DNA of 64,000 nucleotides from a virus. Its lineage: Duplodnaviria > Caudoviricetes. Made by a program: the position numbers and the translations under genes. The stretch spans positions 160,001-224,000 of IMG/VR virus record IMGVR_UViG_3300028591_000073, one strand, 5' to 3'. The notes under the pieces were generated by a model. That model made no database searches. It was not told the DNA's origin and saw nothing but the letters and a program-made list of their open reading frames with translations. Shown here in pieces: positions 16,382 through 27,121 of this stretch. The first letter of the stretch is position 1; every line of letters begins with the position of its first letter.

Positions 16382-17263
16382 TCATTCGGCTGCTGTAGCT
16401 GCAAGAGCAGCTTCGACGCATTCAGACGCCACTCTGATTGCATCTTGCTTGGTGGCACAAGCCGCTATGCTCAGCCAGTTTGTCACAAACGTGACGCCAT
16501 CCGGCTTCTGGTCAAGCCATTTCGCCGGAAGTTTCCAGGCGGGGTCTACGACCTGGATGTTGTAGCTGCCCGGGTCGCGACCCGGGAACACGGCCATTTT
16601 CAGACCATGTTCCTTGGCATACGCCTGCCAAGGTACAAACTTATCCATCACAAGGATGGAATCATTCAGTACCTGTGCATGTTCTGCCAGCCAGCTTGCT
16701 GCCTTTGCAGCAGACAGGTCTTTTTCAATGGCATTCACGAGAGCAGGTGTTAGCCAGTCCACCGCTCTCATAAATGCATCGTTGGGATTCTCGTCAGAAT
16801 CCCAAGTGGGATAGAAGTCACGGACCGTCGTCCATGCCGGCGTCCAAACGACCCCCGTATCATGGAGGTCGATGGAATGGATGATACTACTCAACGTGGG
16901 GAACTCATCCTTTCTTCCCCACGCCTCCCACAAGAGGCCCACGGCAGCGTGGACTTCATCGTGAGGTGTGCCTCTCTTCAGGAGGATACTGCCATCCTCC
17001 TGCACCACCTCTTCGTCCTTGATAGGACGATACTGGTGGTGGTCAAATAAGGCCACCCCATCATGCTGACGGCCGACATCAGCGATGATGTGCTGCACAT
17101 CTGCAGCTTTCACATCCGGGTTGTTATTACGAATGATGAGTACATCCGGAAACTGCAGACGCAGCAGTGCTGCGACTGCAACATCATCGGCATGAAACAT
17201 GCCGGAATGTACTGTAACGGATTTTACTGCGGATGTAAAATTAAAAAGATTATAAGTAGCCAT
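16382..17263 (-). CDS. MYG1-family (UPF0160, DHH-like) exonuclease/hydrolase
   Basis: VHSGMFHADDV, IIADVG, FDHHQ, AAVGLLW, IDLHDTG, WKLPAKW motifs; start MATY behind GGAAAGGAG; visibly GC-richer than genome. Confidence 0.85.
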   Translation of the reverse strand: MATYNLFNFTSAVKSVTVHSGMFHADDVAVAALLRLQFPDVLIIRNNNPDVKAADVQHIIADVGRQHDGVALFDHHQYRPIKDEEVVQEDGSILLKRGTPHDEVHAAVGLLWEAWGRKDEFPTLSSIIHSIDLHDTGVVWTPAWTTVRDFYPTWDSDENPNDAFMRAVDWLTPALVNAIEKDLSAAKAASWLAEHAQVLNDSILVMDKFVPWQAYAKEHGLKMAVFPGRDPGSYNIQVVDPAWKLPAKWLDQKPDGVTFVTNWLSIAACATKQDAIRVASECVEAALAATAAE

Positions 17264-17432
17264 AAGGCTCCTTTCCACCTTTGCAGGTGTACCGACTTAT
17301 GGTCTCGGGTAGACCTAAAATAACGAACAGAAATATTCAGTGATTGCTTTCTAAGTTTGATCCGTTATGTCGTATTTGACTTCCTATAAAGATAGGTGTG
17401 ATCATTAATACTAGCAATTTGATATATTTCTA

Positions 17433-17458
17433 TATCATACAAATAATATCTATATGAA
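17433..17458 (-). promoter_or_regulatory. conserved AT-rich promoter-like motif; copies on + at 34151-34176, 39384-39409, 51161-51187, 54023-54048, 54979-55004
   Basis: Consensus about ATANATATMATTAATATGATA, usually preceded by CTATTATT, upstream of accessory genes. Confidence 0.7.
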
Positions 17459-17511
17459 AAATTAAAAAAATAGAAAAATGGAAATCCCCGGCATATGCCG
17501 GGGATTGTTAG

Positions 17512-17772
17512 TTACCATTTCTGACCACCACTCAACCATGGGTTTACCACGCCAGACTGTTGTGGTGTTCCAGTCTGTTCTCTTTGAAGTTGTTCTCTGT
17601 CTGCTTTCCATACGGTCGGATATACTTGGTGTGTATTGAATGGAAGTGCACCCTTTACAAGCATATCTTCTAATATGGAAGCAAAGTCAGGATTGCCCTC
17701 ACATAAATGTGCGGGTGTTGTTGTCTCACCATACATGTTATCCATGGCTGTTGCATCTGTATAAATATACAT
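17512..17772 (-). CDS. hypothetical protein
   Basis: GAAGGAG RBS, followed by palindrome terminator. Confidence 0.6.
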   Translation of the reverse strand: MYIYTDATAMDNMYGETTTPAHLCEGNPDFASILEDMLVKGALPFNTHQVYPTVWKADREQLQREQTGTPQQSGVVNPWLSGGQKW

Positions 17773-17844
17773 AACATATCATCTCCTTCTGAATGTGTTT
17801 TGGAGTATTGTTCTCCTCATTCATGGAAATGATATATCTATGAA

Positions 17845-19638
17845 TTATGCATTTTGTATCACTTGAACCAATTGATTCAATGTTCCAATATCAGCAGCAA
17901 CTACCTTTGCAAGTGTCGAATAAGATTTCGTTACGACTTTCATGTATTCAATGCAATTATTATATACCTTTATTTTCGTGCGATAAATGGAGTTGTTGTC
18001 ATTCTCCAATCCTTCCAATTCACCAACAAAGTTATTTGTAATATCTGTCCAAAATGCAACAGTCTGTGAAATGATATCTAATATACAGAAATAGTTTTTG
18101 AAACCGGAGATATCGATACCTTGTGGAGTTTTTGCAGCATTCTCAATACCATTTCCAAAATGACGCAACTGTTGTTCATCTGCTGGGAAGGAATCAAAGA
18201 ATAAGTTCGCAACACCGGCAGCATTCTGTTGTGTCACAACAACTTTGGTTTTCATCAAATCCAATTGTTGTAACCGTTTCAAACAAGTCAATGCCGGAGG
18301 TTTCTGTTGATATTTTGGATCATGAGCTTGGAATATTTGTCCAACAGAACCAATTACATTTGCATATCTTCCATTTCTGATTTCAGACAACTTAACAACC
18401 TCTTGTGTTAACCAGAATGCCATATTTGCGAAATACATTAATGGTTCAATTTCCATAGAAGAAGTACGATCATTCCACAAGTATAACATAACACCATTCT
18501 TGAATAATGCACCAATTCCTCTGTTCTTAACAAACTTTGCCAATGCATAAATACGGTGGTTTGTTTTTTCAACAATAGAACGAATCAGATTTGTTACTTT
18601 TCGAATGAGTTTGATGATACCTGCAAATGCACCGACAATCAAATGGAAGCCGGACATCTTTCTGGAGTATACACGGTCTGCAGTTGTTGCAATTTCTTCT
18701 TGGAAGATCTGTGGCTGTGCTAGTTTCATGACACCTTCGGTAATATAATCATCCGTGGAATATTCCAATACAAACTGTACGGTTTCCATATACAAGAATC
18801 CACGTTCCATTTCTTCCACAGCTTCTTGGATTTCTTTATTCTCCACTTCAACATTACCAGCATCATCTTTTGAAATAGAAGTAACATGCAGATTGAATTT
18901 GTCAACTGCTGTTGCCATGGCAGAACCTTCATCCATGCCCATGGCCAATAATTCTTCATATTCCTTACGGATATCTGGATCCTTGGGTTTATATTCTTCG
19001 CCAGTGATTTCTGCTTTTGCAAACAAGAGCTGTTCCATATGATATCTTTCTTCATCTGCAATATCTGAATACAAACGCTGAAGAATATCCACTTTGGATG
19101 TCTTGGCAGCTTCCAAATAATCTGATAAAGCCTTTGCTTCATCTGCAACAAACTCCATGACTTTGGCAACTTCAGCTGGATCATATTGATTGTTGGGGAG
19201 ATCATCGCCGCCATGTTGGCCGAATGTGCTCATATCATCTTCATTATCATCTTCGATTGGAGTGTCTGTTGGAGTTTCGGTATCTTCATCTTCAGTTTCT
19301 TCCGGAATTGTACCATTAATTCCATCAGTTTCCACAGGAGCTTTGTTATCGGTATCTTCACCTTGCATATCATCTGTTGTATCTGTGGTATCATTCATGT
19401 TGTCATCTAATGATGCATTGTCAGATGTTTCATCATTCACTTCCGTATCAGAGTCAACATCTTCTTCGGAGTCTTCTTCTCCATCTTCCTGATAATAGCT
19501 ATCGTTCATGGCTTCAAAGAAAGCATCCAGACCACGTGCAGAACCAGACGGAATTAAACGATTTGGTTTCTTTCTCTGAGTTTCGAATTGTTCTTCTCTC
19601 TGTCTACGTGCAAATGTTTCAATGGATCTATCCATCAT
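17845..19638 (-). CDS. probable virion protein with acidic N-terminus and ferritin/rubrerythrin-like helical motif
   Basis: DEAKALSDY..DIADEERYHMEQL (E..ExxH); YQE/IQEA motifs. Confidence 0.65.
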   Translation of the reverse strand: MMDRSIETFARRQREEQFETQRKKPNRLIPSGSARGLDAFFEAMNDSYYQEDGEEDSEEDVDSDTEVNDETSDNASLDDNMNDTTDTTDDMQGEDTDNKAPVETDGINGTIPEETEDEDTETPTDTPIEDDNEDDMSTFGQHGGDDLPNNQYDPAEVAKVMEFVADEAKALSDYLEAAKTSKVDILQRLYSDIADEERYHMEQLLFAKAEITGEEYKPKDPDIRKEYEELLAMGMDEGSAMATAVDKFNLHVTSISKDDAGNVEVENKEIQEAVEEMERGFLYMETVQFVLEYSTDDYITEGVMKLAQPQIFQEEIATTADRVYSRKMSGFHLIVGAFAGIIKLIRKVTNLIRSIVEKTNHRIYALAKFVKNRGIGALFKNGVMLYLWNDRTSSMEIEPLMYFANMAFWLTQEVVKLSEIRNGRYANVIGSVGQIFQAHDPKYQQKPPALTCLKRLQQLDLMKTKVVVTQQNAAGVANLFFDSFPADEQQLRHFGNGIENAAKTPQGIDISGFKNYFCILDIISQTVAFWTDITNNFVGELEGLENDNNSIYRTKIKVYNNCIEYMKVVTKSYSTLAKVVAADIGTLNQLVQVIQNA

Positions 19639-22600
19639 TCATCAGTCCTTTCGGTTAATTTCATAAAGAACACATGATCATCCTCATCACATACATTCCA
19701 ACCATATTTCTTGTACATGTGGAATGCTCGTTTGTTCTTTTTGTTTACGGACAAGTAGGTTGCACCAAAGTCATCTACGGCAATCTGTAAAAGATCCACG
19801 CCATAATCATGTCCCTGATATTCCTCTGATACTTCCAATGCGGTAATCCAACGTTGTCCATTAATCTTCTTCTCAACTGCAACATATGCTACGACAATAT
19901 GATTTTCATCAATATAAATTGCACCTTTTGTATTATCATTCACACGAACACGTCGCAATCCATGTTTAAACACACCTTGATCTTTGTATTTTTTGACGGA
20001 TTGTTCTGTTAATGGAATATAGTGATACTTCTCTTTCAAGGTATTATGATTTGTTCCCATATAAGATTCTTGTACAAATCCTTTGAGTGCAGATTCCATT
20101 TCCGATACGGACATGTGGATCTTATCATTATCGAAAAATGATTGATGGAATTGTAATCCTTCTTGCGTAAACAGTTGTGTTGCATTTAATAGATTAATGA
20201 TATCAAATGCGGTATTATCATCCATTTGTTGGATCTGCTCATTGATCTTCATGCCATCATCAGATAAATATTTATGATCTGACAAATATTGCCAATATGT
20301 TTTCATTGTCTTTGTTTGATGATTAATACGGATTTCATTCTTAATAAACTTGCCATTGAGATATACTTGATTGATGTATCCAACATACGTATCTCCATCA
20401 CGTGGTTCAAAGGAAGACACATCAATGAGATCTTGTTTCATAAGCTGTAAATCCTCTTGTGATAAATGTAAATCAAATGTTTGAATCAGATGAGATACAA
20501 CATCATCCATATTCTCAACTAAGAAGACACCATTCTTCTCATGGGTCAATGATGTTTCAATCAATACAATGGAATCTGTATCATTTGGAACAATGGTAAA
20601 CTGATGCCAAAATGACATGTCATTATTGTTGTGCTGTTCAACTGCAATAGACTCGGATTCTTGTTGGATACTTGTATCTTCATCTTCTTCGGGTGGTTGG
20701 GTGTGGTCAATATTACAATTCAAGAAGAAGGTTTGACATGGCAATCCTCGATCCTTCAACAGCTTCGCAACATAGAAAGAATGCTCGAAACATACACCAA
20801 GTTTGGATTGTTCCATTGATTGAATGGACTGAGAATGGTATGTGGAAATCATCTTCCAAGAATCTTTGAATGGAGATGCTGTAATACGTTCCCCATTCTC
20901 ATCTAAGCATCCATAATGTATCTGAGAAGCTTGTTGGAATACTTCTTGACATTGCTGTCTGAGAGAGTTGATGTCTACCGCTTCTTGAACAATTTTCCGA
21001 TTCTTCAATTCTTTTTTATAGAAATCATTGGAGAAGATTAAACTTTTGATCGTTTTAAAAGACCCTTCACAAAGACGATTGCATGTTGATAATAGCTCAT
21101 CATCTTCTTCATAATTGTGATTAATTACGTGCTGAATCTTTCCATTTTCATTTATCATGAAATGAATCGTAATATCAGACAAACGAATGTACTCATTCCA
21201 ATACGTGTCTTGAATATGTGATTCGATATATTTCTCCCATATTTTACGTTTAGACCAATCAAATGTGACACAATAATTTCCATCATCTTCTTCAATTTCA
21301 AATCCTTTATCTTTCAGATCGTAAATAGAATCATCAACACCCATTGCATATGATATACATTTATCATGATAATCTGCTTCTTGATAAGGATGATATTTTG
21401 GATCATCTGAATGCTGTCCAGTCCAATGTACTTTTACATCGACTTTCTTTTGATTAGACCAATCGATATGATCGATGTCATATATTAGATATTCTCTATG
21501 AGGAGACATCCAATCATATTTTCCGATATGATCTTTTAAATCCGAAATATCGACTTCATATACATATCCGCTCATATCCTTTGTGTGTTCGGTTTCATCA
21601 TTCAACCCTTCCACTTGCATGTGAATCTCATCAATATATTCATTTTTAGGATGAGCCCATTCGTCATAATGATAGTTAAATCTTCCATGAGGAATTCCCA
21701 ATTCTTCTTTATTCTTAGACACTGCAAAAATACATGCCAATGATTTGAATGGGGTTACAAACAATGGACGATCACAATCAATCCCATCTTTATATTCATT
21801 CGGTGTTCCAAAATAAACTTTGTCATATTTCAGATCTTTCACTTCATAGATCTTATCATGATTTGTTGCATTTGGATGTGTCGTTTGTATCGGATGATAT
21901 GCTTCTTGTACTTTTTTATCCAAGTATGGTTTCAATGATTCCCAGTTCTCCCAATCCATACCCAATTCCTTTACACGTTTCACAATGTTCTTTGCCAATT
22001 CTTCTTTGTATTCATCGGGTGCTTTATTAAAAAAACGAACGGCTTGTAAGACATGTTTCTCATCCGTCAAAGGATACTTCCTTAATTCAGGAATCCCAAA
22101 TTGAGAATCATCCAAATCATTTCTGTCATCGGTAGATAACTTTGCTTCTTGATACACTTGATCCCATGATGTAATCGGTTCTGTCATTGATGCAAGATGA
22201 ATGTTAATCTTCGGAATATATGGTAGCTTCACTTTGATACTAACACCAGGCACAAAATCACAAACCTCAATCATCGATATAAACAACATACGGAATGCTT
22301 GATACAAAGGGACTAATTTCACCATTCCTGGACTAGAATCAAATGCATCGATTGCCGTTTTTACCAACTTGAATCTCATATTTGTATTTGTACGAATATT
22401 CTTAATCCATGATGGTTCTTTATTCTTTTCCAAATGACCAGGCGGTAGCGTTTGTTTCAAATCATCAATGAATTGATCACGCCGATCATGTAGTTGATCA
22501 TACATCTTTTGGAACGGTTCTCCACCTACTTTTTTCATCTGATGCAATGTCATTAATGTTTTTTCCCACAACTTCTGATAATCTACAACTGCTTTATTGA

Positions 22601-24569
22601 TATCCTTTTGATAATCTTGGATCACTTTTGTTCGATCAGGAGGAGTTTGTACTTCCTCTTGATATACATCATCTGCTGATTCATTATCATAGAACTTGTC
22701 CACATAAGAATCCATGATCTTATCCAATATCTTATGAGATGCCTTTTCTGTCAAATTACCAACTAACTTATCACCAATATGATCATTAATGTGTAATTCA
22801 CGTTTCTCATATTCCCACACATCCATCATTTTCTGAATGACAATTTTCACACCACCACGATTGAAATTTCGATTTAAGTCAATAATATTATCTCGAATTT
22901 CATAAATCAATCGATCGATGTATTGACGGTGAGACATACTACGTTTTTCTGGTTTACGAGCAAATCCCAAGCGAGAAGTTTTGATTGGTACCTCGGTATA
23001 GTCTTCTTCAATGTTATCATAGATCTCTGCTAATTTATTATACAAAGAAGCCAATCTTTGCACGATTTCACGTTTTGTCATATGATTCATTTCTTTCCGA
23101 AGATATACGATCTCCGAATTGAAGCTCATGGCACGTTCAAAGTTCTTCTTTTCCTCATATGTTGCATCCGTATGTCTCCAACCGCTGACACCTCTACGTG
23201 AAAATGCAGCTGCTTCTTGATATACATCATCGAAATCACTCTCCAAAAAAGATTCTTTCATTGGCCTTGTTGGAGAAGTGCTTGCTGTATTGATAATATC
23301 TTTTAAAAGATTAATATACAACGTGGAACCTTTTAATTGCAATTGTAATTCAATTGTAATATATCTCACATACTGTTGAAATGCAGGAGATTGTTGTACA
23401 TTTGGATTCAATTGTTGCTGTTGATCCTTGATAAATTGATTTGTTGACGTAAGTGCCTTATAGCATGGCCCAATCATTTTTGTATATTGTTGAATCACCT
23501 GATCAATTTGTTGTTTGGAATATACATCCCTTGGTCTATTTTGTGTTGAAACCGCTTCCAATTGTTTGTATTTTGCAAGAACCTGTTGATCTTGTTCAAT
23601 CAACTTTTGATATTCTGCACCTTTCGATGGGTCAAATTTTGAATATCTATCGGCATTTTCAACATGAGGAGCTTGTTGTAATGAAATCATTATGGACTCA
23701 AAATTTATTTTATCCAATGCAATTTTTGAATAATTTAATTGTAAAGCTCGTTGTGTCAATTGTTGCACTTGTTTATTCTGATAATTAGCAGAAATTTGAT
23801 TGATCATTCTGGAGATCCAATTCTTGATACGATCCCACGTAGATACTTGATTCACACCATTATCATATCCATTATGTGGAACATTAGTTTGTTTTACTTT
23901 CCCAGATTCCATAAAATAAGATTCCAATAAATATTCAATTTCATAATCATAATTGAAATCCAACACATCAGATTCTTCCACAATTTGGGGTTGTTCTTTT
24001 TTCGTCATATCATCAAACACCCACTTTCCATGTTCAATCATCCAATCCATATATTCACCAATTTCACAACCATATTTTGGATGGCTATTTGTGTATTCAA
24101 AGACAGAGTATTTCACTCCATTCAAATGTTCTTTGTTTCTAGAACCTCGAAAACATCCCCATGCTGCCATCTTTAATAAATCTCTCAATTTAGAAAAAAT
24201 ATGAACACCTTGAGAATTCTTCATGGAAGATTCTACCCAAATAAACTTCCCTTCTGTTTCGATGACAACAAAAGTGTGTGTATCATAATCAGGAGGTGTT
24301 TCGGTAATTAAATAGAATTTACGACATGAGACATCGCGTTCTTTCAACCATGCCTCTTCATATTCGACATAATCAAAACAAATTCCACCACCATTTTGTT
24401 CAAACTCATCAGGAGATTGGAATCGATAATATTTCGCAATGTCTTTGTTGGATACATGTGTCTTCAGTTTTCCGTCTTTCGCAATACCATACTCAAAATG
24501 CTTGTCGAGATGTTTATACAACTCTTCACACAGTTTCTTTGTTTCCTTTAATGAACCCACATCTATCAC
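19635..24569 (-). CDS. large multi-domain protein: two transglutaminase/papain-like domains, ART-like domain, C-terminal GNAT; probable processed internal virion protein
   Basis: GGICFDY..HTF..WVES and GVCFEH..HQF..LIET; YFGT..LFVTP..GYVYEV; LEVSEEYQGHDYG..NKRAFHMYKKYGW; repeated xQE(A/S) linkers. Confidence 0.75.
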   Translation of the reverse strand: MIDVGSLKETKKLCEELYKHLDKHFEYGIAKDGKLKTHVSNKDIAKYYRFQSPDEFEQNGGGICFDYVEYEEAWLKERDVSCRKFYLITETPPDYDTHTFVVIETEGKFIWVESSMKNSQGVHIFSKLRDLLKMAAWGCFRGSRNKEHLNGVKYSVFEYTNSHPKYGCEIGEYMDWMIEHGKWVFDDMTKKEQPQIVEESDVLDFNYDYEIEYLLESYFMESGKVKQTNVPHNGYDNGVNQVSTWDRIKNWISRMINQISANYQNKQVQQLTQRALQLNYSKIALDKINFESIMISLQQAPHVENADRYSKFDPSKGAEYQKLIEQDQQVLAKYKQLEAVSTQNRPRDVYSKQQIDQVIQQYTKMIGPCYKALTSTNQFIKDQQQQLNPNVQQSPAFQQYVRYITIELQLQLKGSTLYINLLKDIINTASTSPTRPMKESFLESDFDDVYQEAAAFSRRGVSGWRHTDATYEEKKNFERAMSFNSEIVYLRKEMNHMTKREIVQRLASLYNKLAEIYDNIEEDYTEVPIKTSRLGFARKPEKRSMSHRQYIDRLIYEIRDNIIDLNRNFNRGGVKIVIQKMMDVWEYEKRELHINDHIGDKLVGNLTEKASHKILDKIMDSYVDKFYDNESADDVYQEEVQTPPDRTKVIQDYQKDINKAVVDYQKLWEKTLMTLHQMKKVGGEPFQKMYDQLHDRRDQFIDDLKQTLPPGHLEKNKEPSWIKNIRTNTNMRFKLVKTAIDAFDSSPGMVKLVPLYQAFRMLFISMIEVCDFVPGVSIKVKLPYIPKINIHLASMTEPITSWDQVYQEAKLSTDDRNDLDDSQFGIPELRKYPLTDEKHVLQAVRFFNKAPDEYKEELAKNIVKRVKELGMDWENWESLKPYLDKKVQEAYHPIQTTHPNATNHDKIYEVKDLKYDKVYFGTPNEYKDGIDCDRPLFVTPFKSLACIFAVSKNKEELGIPHGRFNYHYDEWAHPKNEYIDEIHMQVEGLNDETEHTKDMSGYVYEVDISDLKDHIGKYDWMSPHREYLIYDIDHIDWSNQKKVDVKVHWTGQHSDDPKYHPYQEADYHDKCISYAMGVDDSIYDLKDKGFEIEEDDGNYCVTFDWSKRKIWEKYIESHIQDTYWNEYIRLSDITIHFMINENGKIQHVINHNYEEDDELLSTCNRLCEGSFKTIKSLIFSNDFYKKELKNRKIVQEAVDINSLRQQCQEVFQQASQIHYGCLDENGERITASPFKDSWKMISTYHSQSIQSMEQSKLGVCFEHSFYVAKLLKDRGLPCQTFFLNCNIDHTQPPEEDEDTSIQQESESIAVEQHNNNDMSFWHQFTIVPNDTDSIVLIETSLTHEKNGVFLVENMDDVVSHLIQTFDLHLSQEDLQLMKQDLIDVSSFEPRDGDTYVGYINQVYLNGKFIKNEIRINHQTKTMKTYWQYLSDHKYLSDDGMKINEQIQQMDDNTAFDIINLLNATQLFTQEGLQFHQSFFDNDKIHMSVSEMESALKGFVQESYMGTNHNTLKEKYHYIPLTEQSVKKYKDQGVFKHGLRRVRVNDNTKGAIYIDENHIVVAYVAVEKKINGQRWITALEVSEEYQGHDYGVDLLQIAVDDFGATYLSVNKKNKRAFHMYKKYGWNVCDEDDHVFFMKLTERTDE

Positions 24570-24716
24570 CTCTTCTTATATATTATACTATATACACATT
24601 GACCTCCGGTCAATTTAATACTATACATGAATATTTAGAAAATAATAGTTTGTTTACACAGGAACTACGGGGGCATGAGCCCCCGCATATTCCCATATGT
24701 TTTCACTCGTTTGTGA

Positions 24717-24986
24717 TTAGAACCAACGGCCAATCTTCGGTGTTGTTGCTTCTGTATGCTTTGTATAGCCGTAAGTTGTGTCAGATCTTTCTTCCAATTC
24801 AATATCCGGGATGCCGTCATAAGACTTGAGAGCACCGTTACCACCAGAGATGATAGATTCCGGATTAAATGAATTGAATTTAGAATCAAAGAGGTCCTTG
24901 TAACCAGAGGAACCAGCATCATAGCTTTCCTGATAAGGTGCAGCACCATCAAGAGAGAATCCGTATTCGAAATCCTGTTCAAACAT
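24717..24986 (-). CDS. small hypothetical protein
   Basis: AAAGGAG RBS; YQES motif. Confidence 0.65.
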   Translation of the reverse strand: MFEQDFEYGFSLDGAAPYQESYDAGSSGYKDLFDSKFNSFNPESIISGGNGALKSYDGIPDIELEERSDTTYGYTKHTEATTPKIGRWF

Positions 24987-25003
24987 AATCTTTTACTCCT
25001 TTT

Positions 25004-26398
25004 CTATAGATTAGATAATGCATTATCTGATTTATCATACAACATCTTCAGATAGTCATTGATATATAACTGGTTTACAGAAATAATCAATCGATATGTC
25101 GATGTGTAATTTACTGTTGTGAAAATGATTTTACGATGTACCCAATCAATGTCATATCCTTCCGTAATCAGTGAATGATTTTCACGTAGCATTACGGAGA
25201 TAAATAACTTTGGATCGATGTGATTTTCCAAATGATAGTCGATCATTCGTTCCAATGTTAACCCCAATACCGAACCGAATTCGATTTCTCGTTCATTCCA
25301 GTCCAATTTAATGATTGGGCGAGAATGGATTTTCCATCCATATGGCAATGGAAAATCTCTCTCGTTAAATGTATCCGAGAAGATTGGTATCGAGATTGAA
25401 CACGGTCTTGGTTGTAACACCCGATATGGTCCTGGATTTGGAACGGATAAGTCAAACATACCAATCGTGTTAAACTCACATCTCAATGTGAAAGTAATGG
25501 GGCAATCGCTTTCCACTAAGTTATTTTGTTTCGTCACCTGGGTATAGTTTAGGTCTGAAATCTTACATAATAACGATGTCATGTAGTAGGTATAGAATGC
25601 ATCCTGATGTCTTCCAGAAGAGAATCGATATGAAATGGGGAAAATAGAATTCATATTCAGATAATCTAAGAAACGTGCAACGCTTCCATGCTCATCTTTC
25701 ACAGGCATCTTTGCATATCGAGCAGTTTCTTCTAAGAATCCATCTGGGATTGCCAACTCCAAAGCAGTATCAATATCAAAAAAATGTCCATCCGTAGGTA
25801 TGCGGTTAATCAAATAAGAAGCCCATTTCAATTGTTCTGTTGCACTCTGGAAAGATAGTACAAAATCAAAATTGACAACAACACGATTGAGTTTACCACG
25901 CCATTCAATTCCATCTGATTTGGAGAAAAGTAATAACTCCATCTCAGACCGATTCCGGAATCTACTCGATGTAGTTTGCCAAAGTGTTGTACCAAAAGAT
26001 CCTGCAGCTAATCGATCATCGAGTCCGGATAAAGAAACACGTGGATTCACAATACACATTGGATATGGCATTGTCCGTATCTGTTTCGGAGTGTGACGCA
26101 ATTGTCGATGTGCGATCTTTGTAGAAGGCATAACCGTTTCAAATGTTCCATTTGGAAATTGATCTACCATGAATTGAAGTATGATTGCCGTCACATTACC
26201 AATGGTATGTACCATGTCAGTACCACTTTGGCATGCTAACGACAACGCATATCCATGTTTTAATCTTGGATCAGAAGGATTTAAACTATTATATTCATAA
26301 TGCATCCCAGGTCGATAAATGTTTTGATCAGTCAATCCCTCATTAAAATTGTTTCGGTTCTGATCATTTAACCGAGCATCATTATAATTCTGGCTCAT
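25004..26398 (-). CDS. probable virion structural protein
   Basis: Long beta-rich ORF in structural operon; no specific motif recognised; start placed at MSQNY. Confidence 0.6.
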   Translation of the reverse strand: MSQNYNDARLNDQNRNNFNEGLTDQNIYRPGMHYEYNSLNPSDPRLKHGYALSLACQSGTDMVHTIGNVTAIILQFMVDQFPNGTFETVMPSTKIAHRQLRHTPKQIRTMPYPMCIVNPRVSLSGLDDRLAAGSFGTTLWQTTSSRFRNRSEMELLLFSKSDGIEWRGKLNRVVVNFDFVLSFQSATEQLKWASYLINRIPTDGHFFDIDTALELAIPDGFLEETARYAKMPVKDEHGSVARFLDYLNMNSIFPISYRFSSGRHQDAFYTYYMTSLLCKISDLNYTQVTKQNNLVESDCPITFTLRCEFNTIGMFDLSVPNPGPYRVLQPRPCSISIPIFSDTFNERDFPLPYGWKIHSRPIIKLDWNEREIEFGSVLGLTLERMIDYHLENHIDPKLFISVMLRENHSLITEGYDIDWVHRKIIFTTVNYTSTYRLIISVNQLYINDYLKMLYDKSDNALSNL

Positions 26399-26399
26399 A

Positions 26400-26837
26400 T
26401 TAAGCAGAATGCTGTGCACGCGAAATCAGAATAGACATAATATTGGTTAATGTCGTTATATCATAATAACGAATTCGTTTAAAATCGAATTCTAAGATGG
26501 ATGGACATTTGTTCAATATCATGATCAGTCTCCACATGTTGGTGATTCCATATTTGTCATAAGAATATAACTTCGGATTGTATTTGTATTTGGCATCGAA
26601 ATCCTCGTACCGATACAAGTTTCCTCCAACATTATAGGAGTTTAATAATTCATAAAAATCTAATGGTAAATACTTAGTGATGATCTCCCATTTGTTAGGA
26701 GGTTGATAGTTATTCACCATCGGTTCTGTTTGCGGCACAGTCAATGTTGCACTTTCTGAGATATTTCCGATTGTGTATAGATCGGAGTTAATATAGCTCA
26801 ATAATGAGGGAATCGAGGTCTTTTCATCCGATGTCAT
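26400..26837 (-). CDS. probable baseplate wedge-like protein
   Basis: KYKYNPKLYSYDKYGITNMWRLIMILN resembles T4 gp53/LysM-like wedge motif (R/N-P..S...YG...WW.I...N). Confidence 0.55.
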   Translation of the reverse strand: MTSDEKTSIPSLLSYINSDLYTIGNISESATLTVPQTEPMVNNYQPPNKWEIITKYLPLDFYELLNSYNVGGNLYRYEDFDAKYKYNPKLYSYDKYGITNMWRLIMILNKCPSILEFDFKRIRYYDITTLTNIMSILISRAQHSA

Positions 26838-26851
26838 GGAAACACCTCCAT

Positions 26852-27121
26852 TTATAATCGCACATACATATTGAATGGATCGTTGTCATCACACACCAAT
26901 GTCGCTTGTAACTGTTCTTGAATCACGATTGGTTCAGTTGTTCTTAATCTTACTTCAAATCCTGACGATAGTTGAAATTGGTTCGATGTAAAATCGATAG
27001 AAGAAAATACTGGAGAAGTGACTGTAATGGTATCACCGTCCGAAAATGTACCAGTAGATGTGATTTGACAAGTGGATGTATGTGGGATGTTATAAGTAAT
27101 TGGATAATACTGTAACAGCAT
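26852..27121 (-). CDS. small hypothetical protein
   Basis: ATG overlaps upstream TAA. Confidence 0.6.
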   Translation of the reverse strand: MLLQYYPITYNIPHTSTCQITSTGTFSDGDTITVTSPVFSSIDFTSNQFQLSSGFEVRLRTTEPIVIQEQLQATLVCDDNDPFNMYVRL

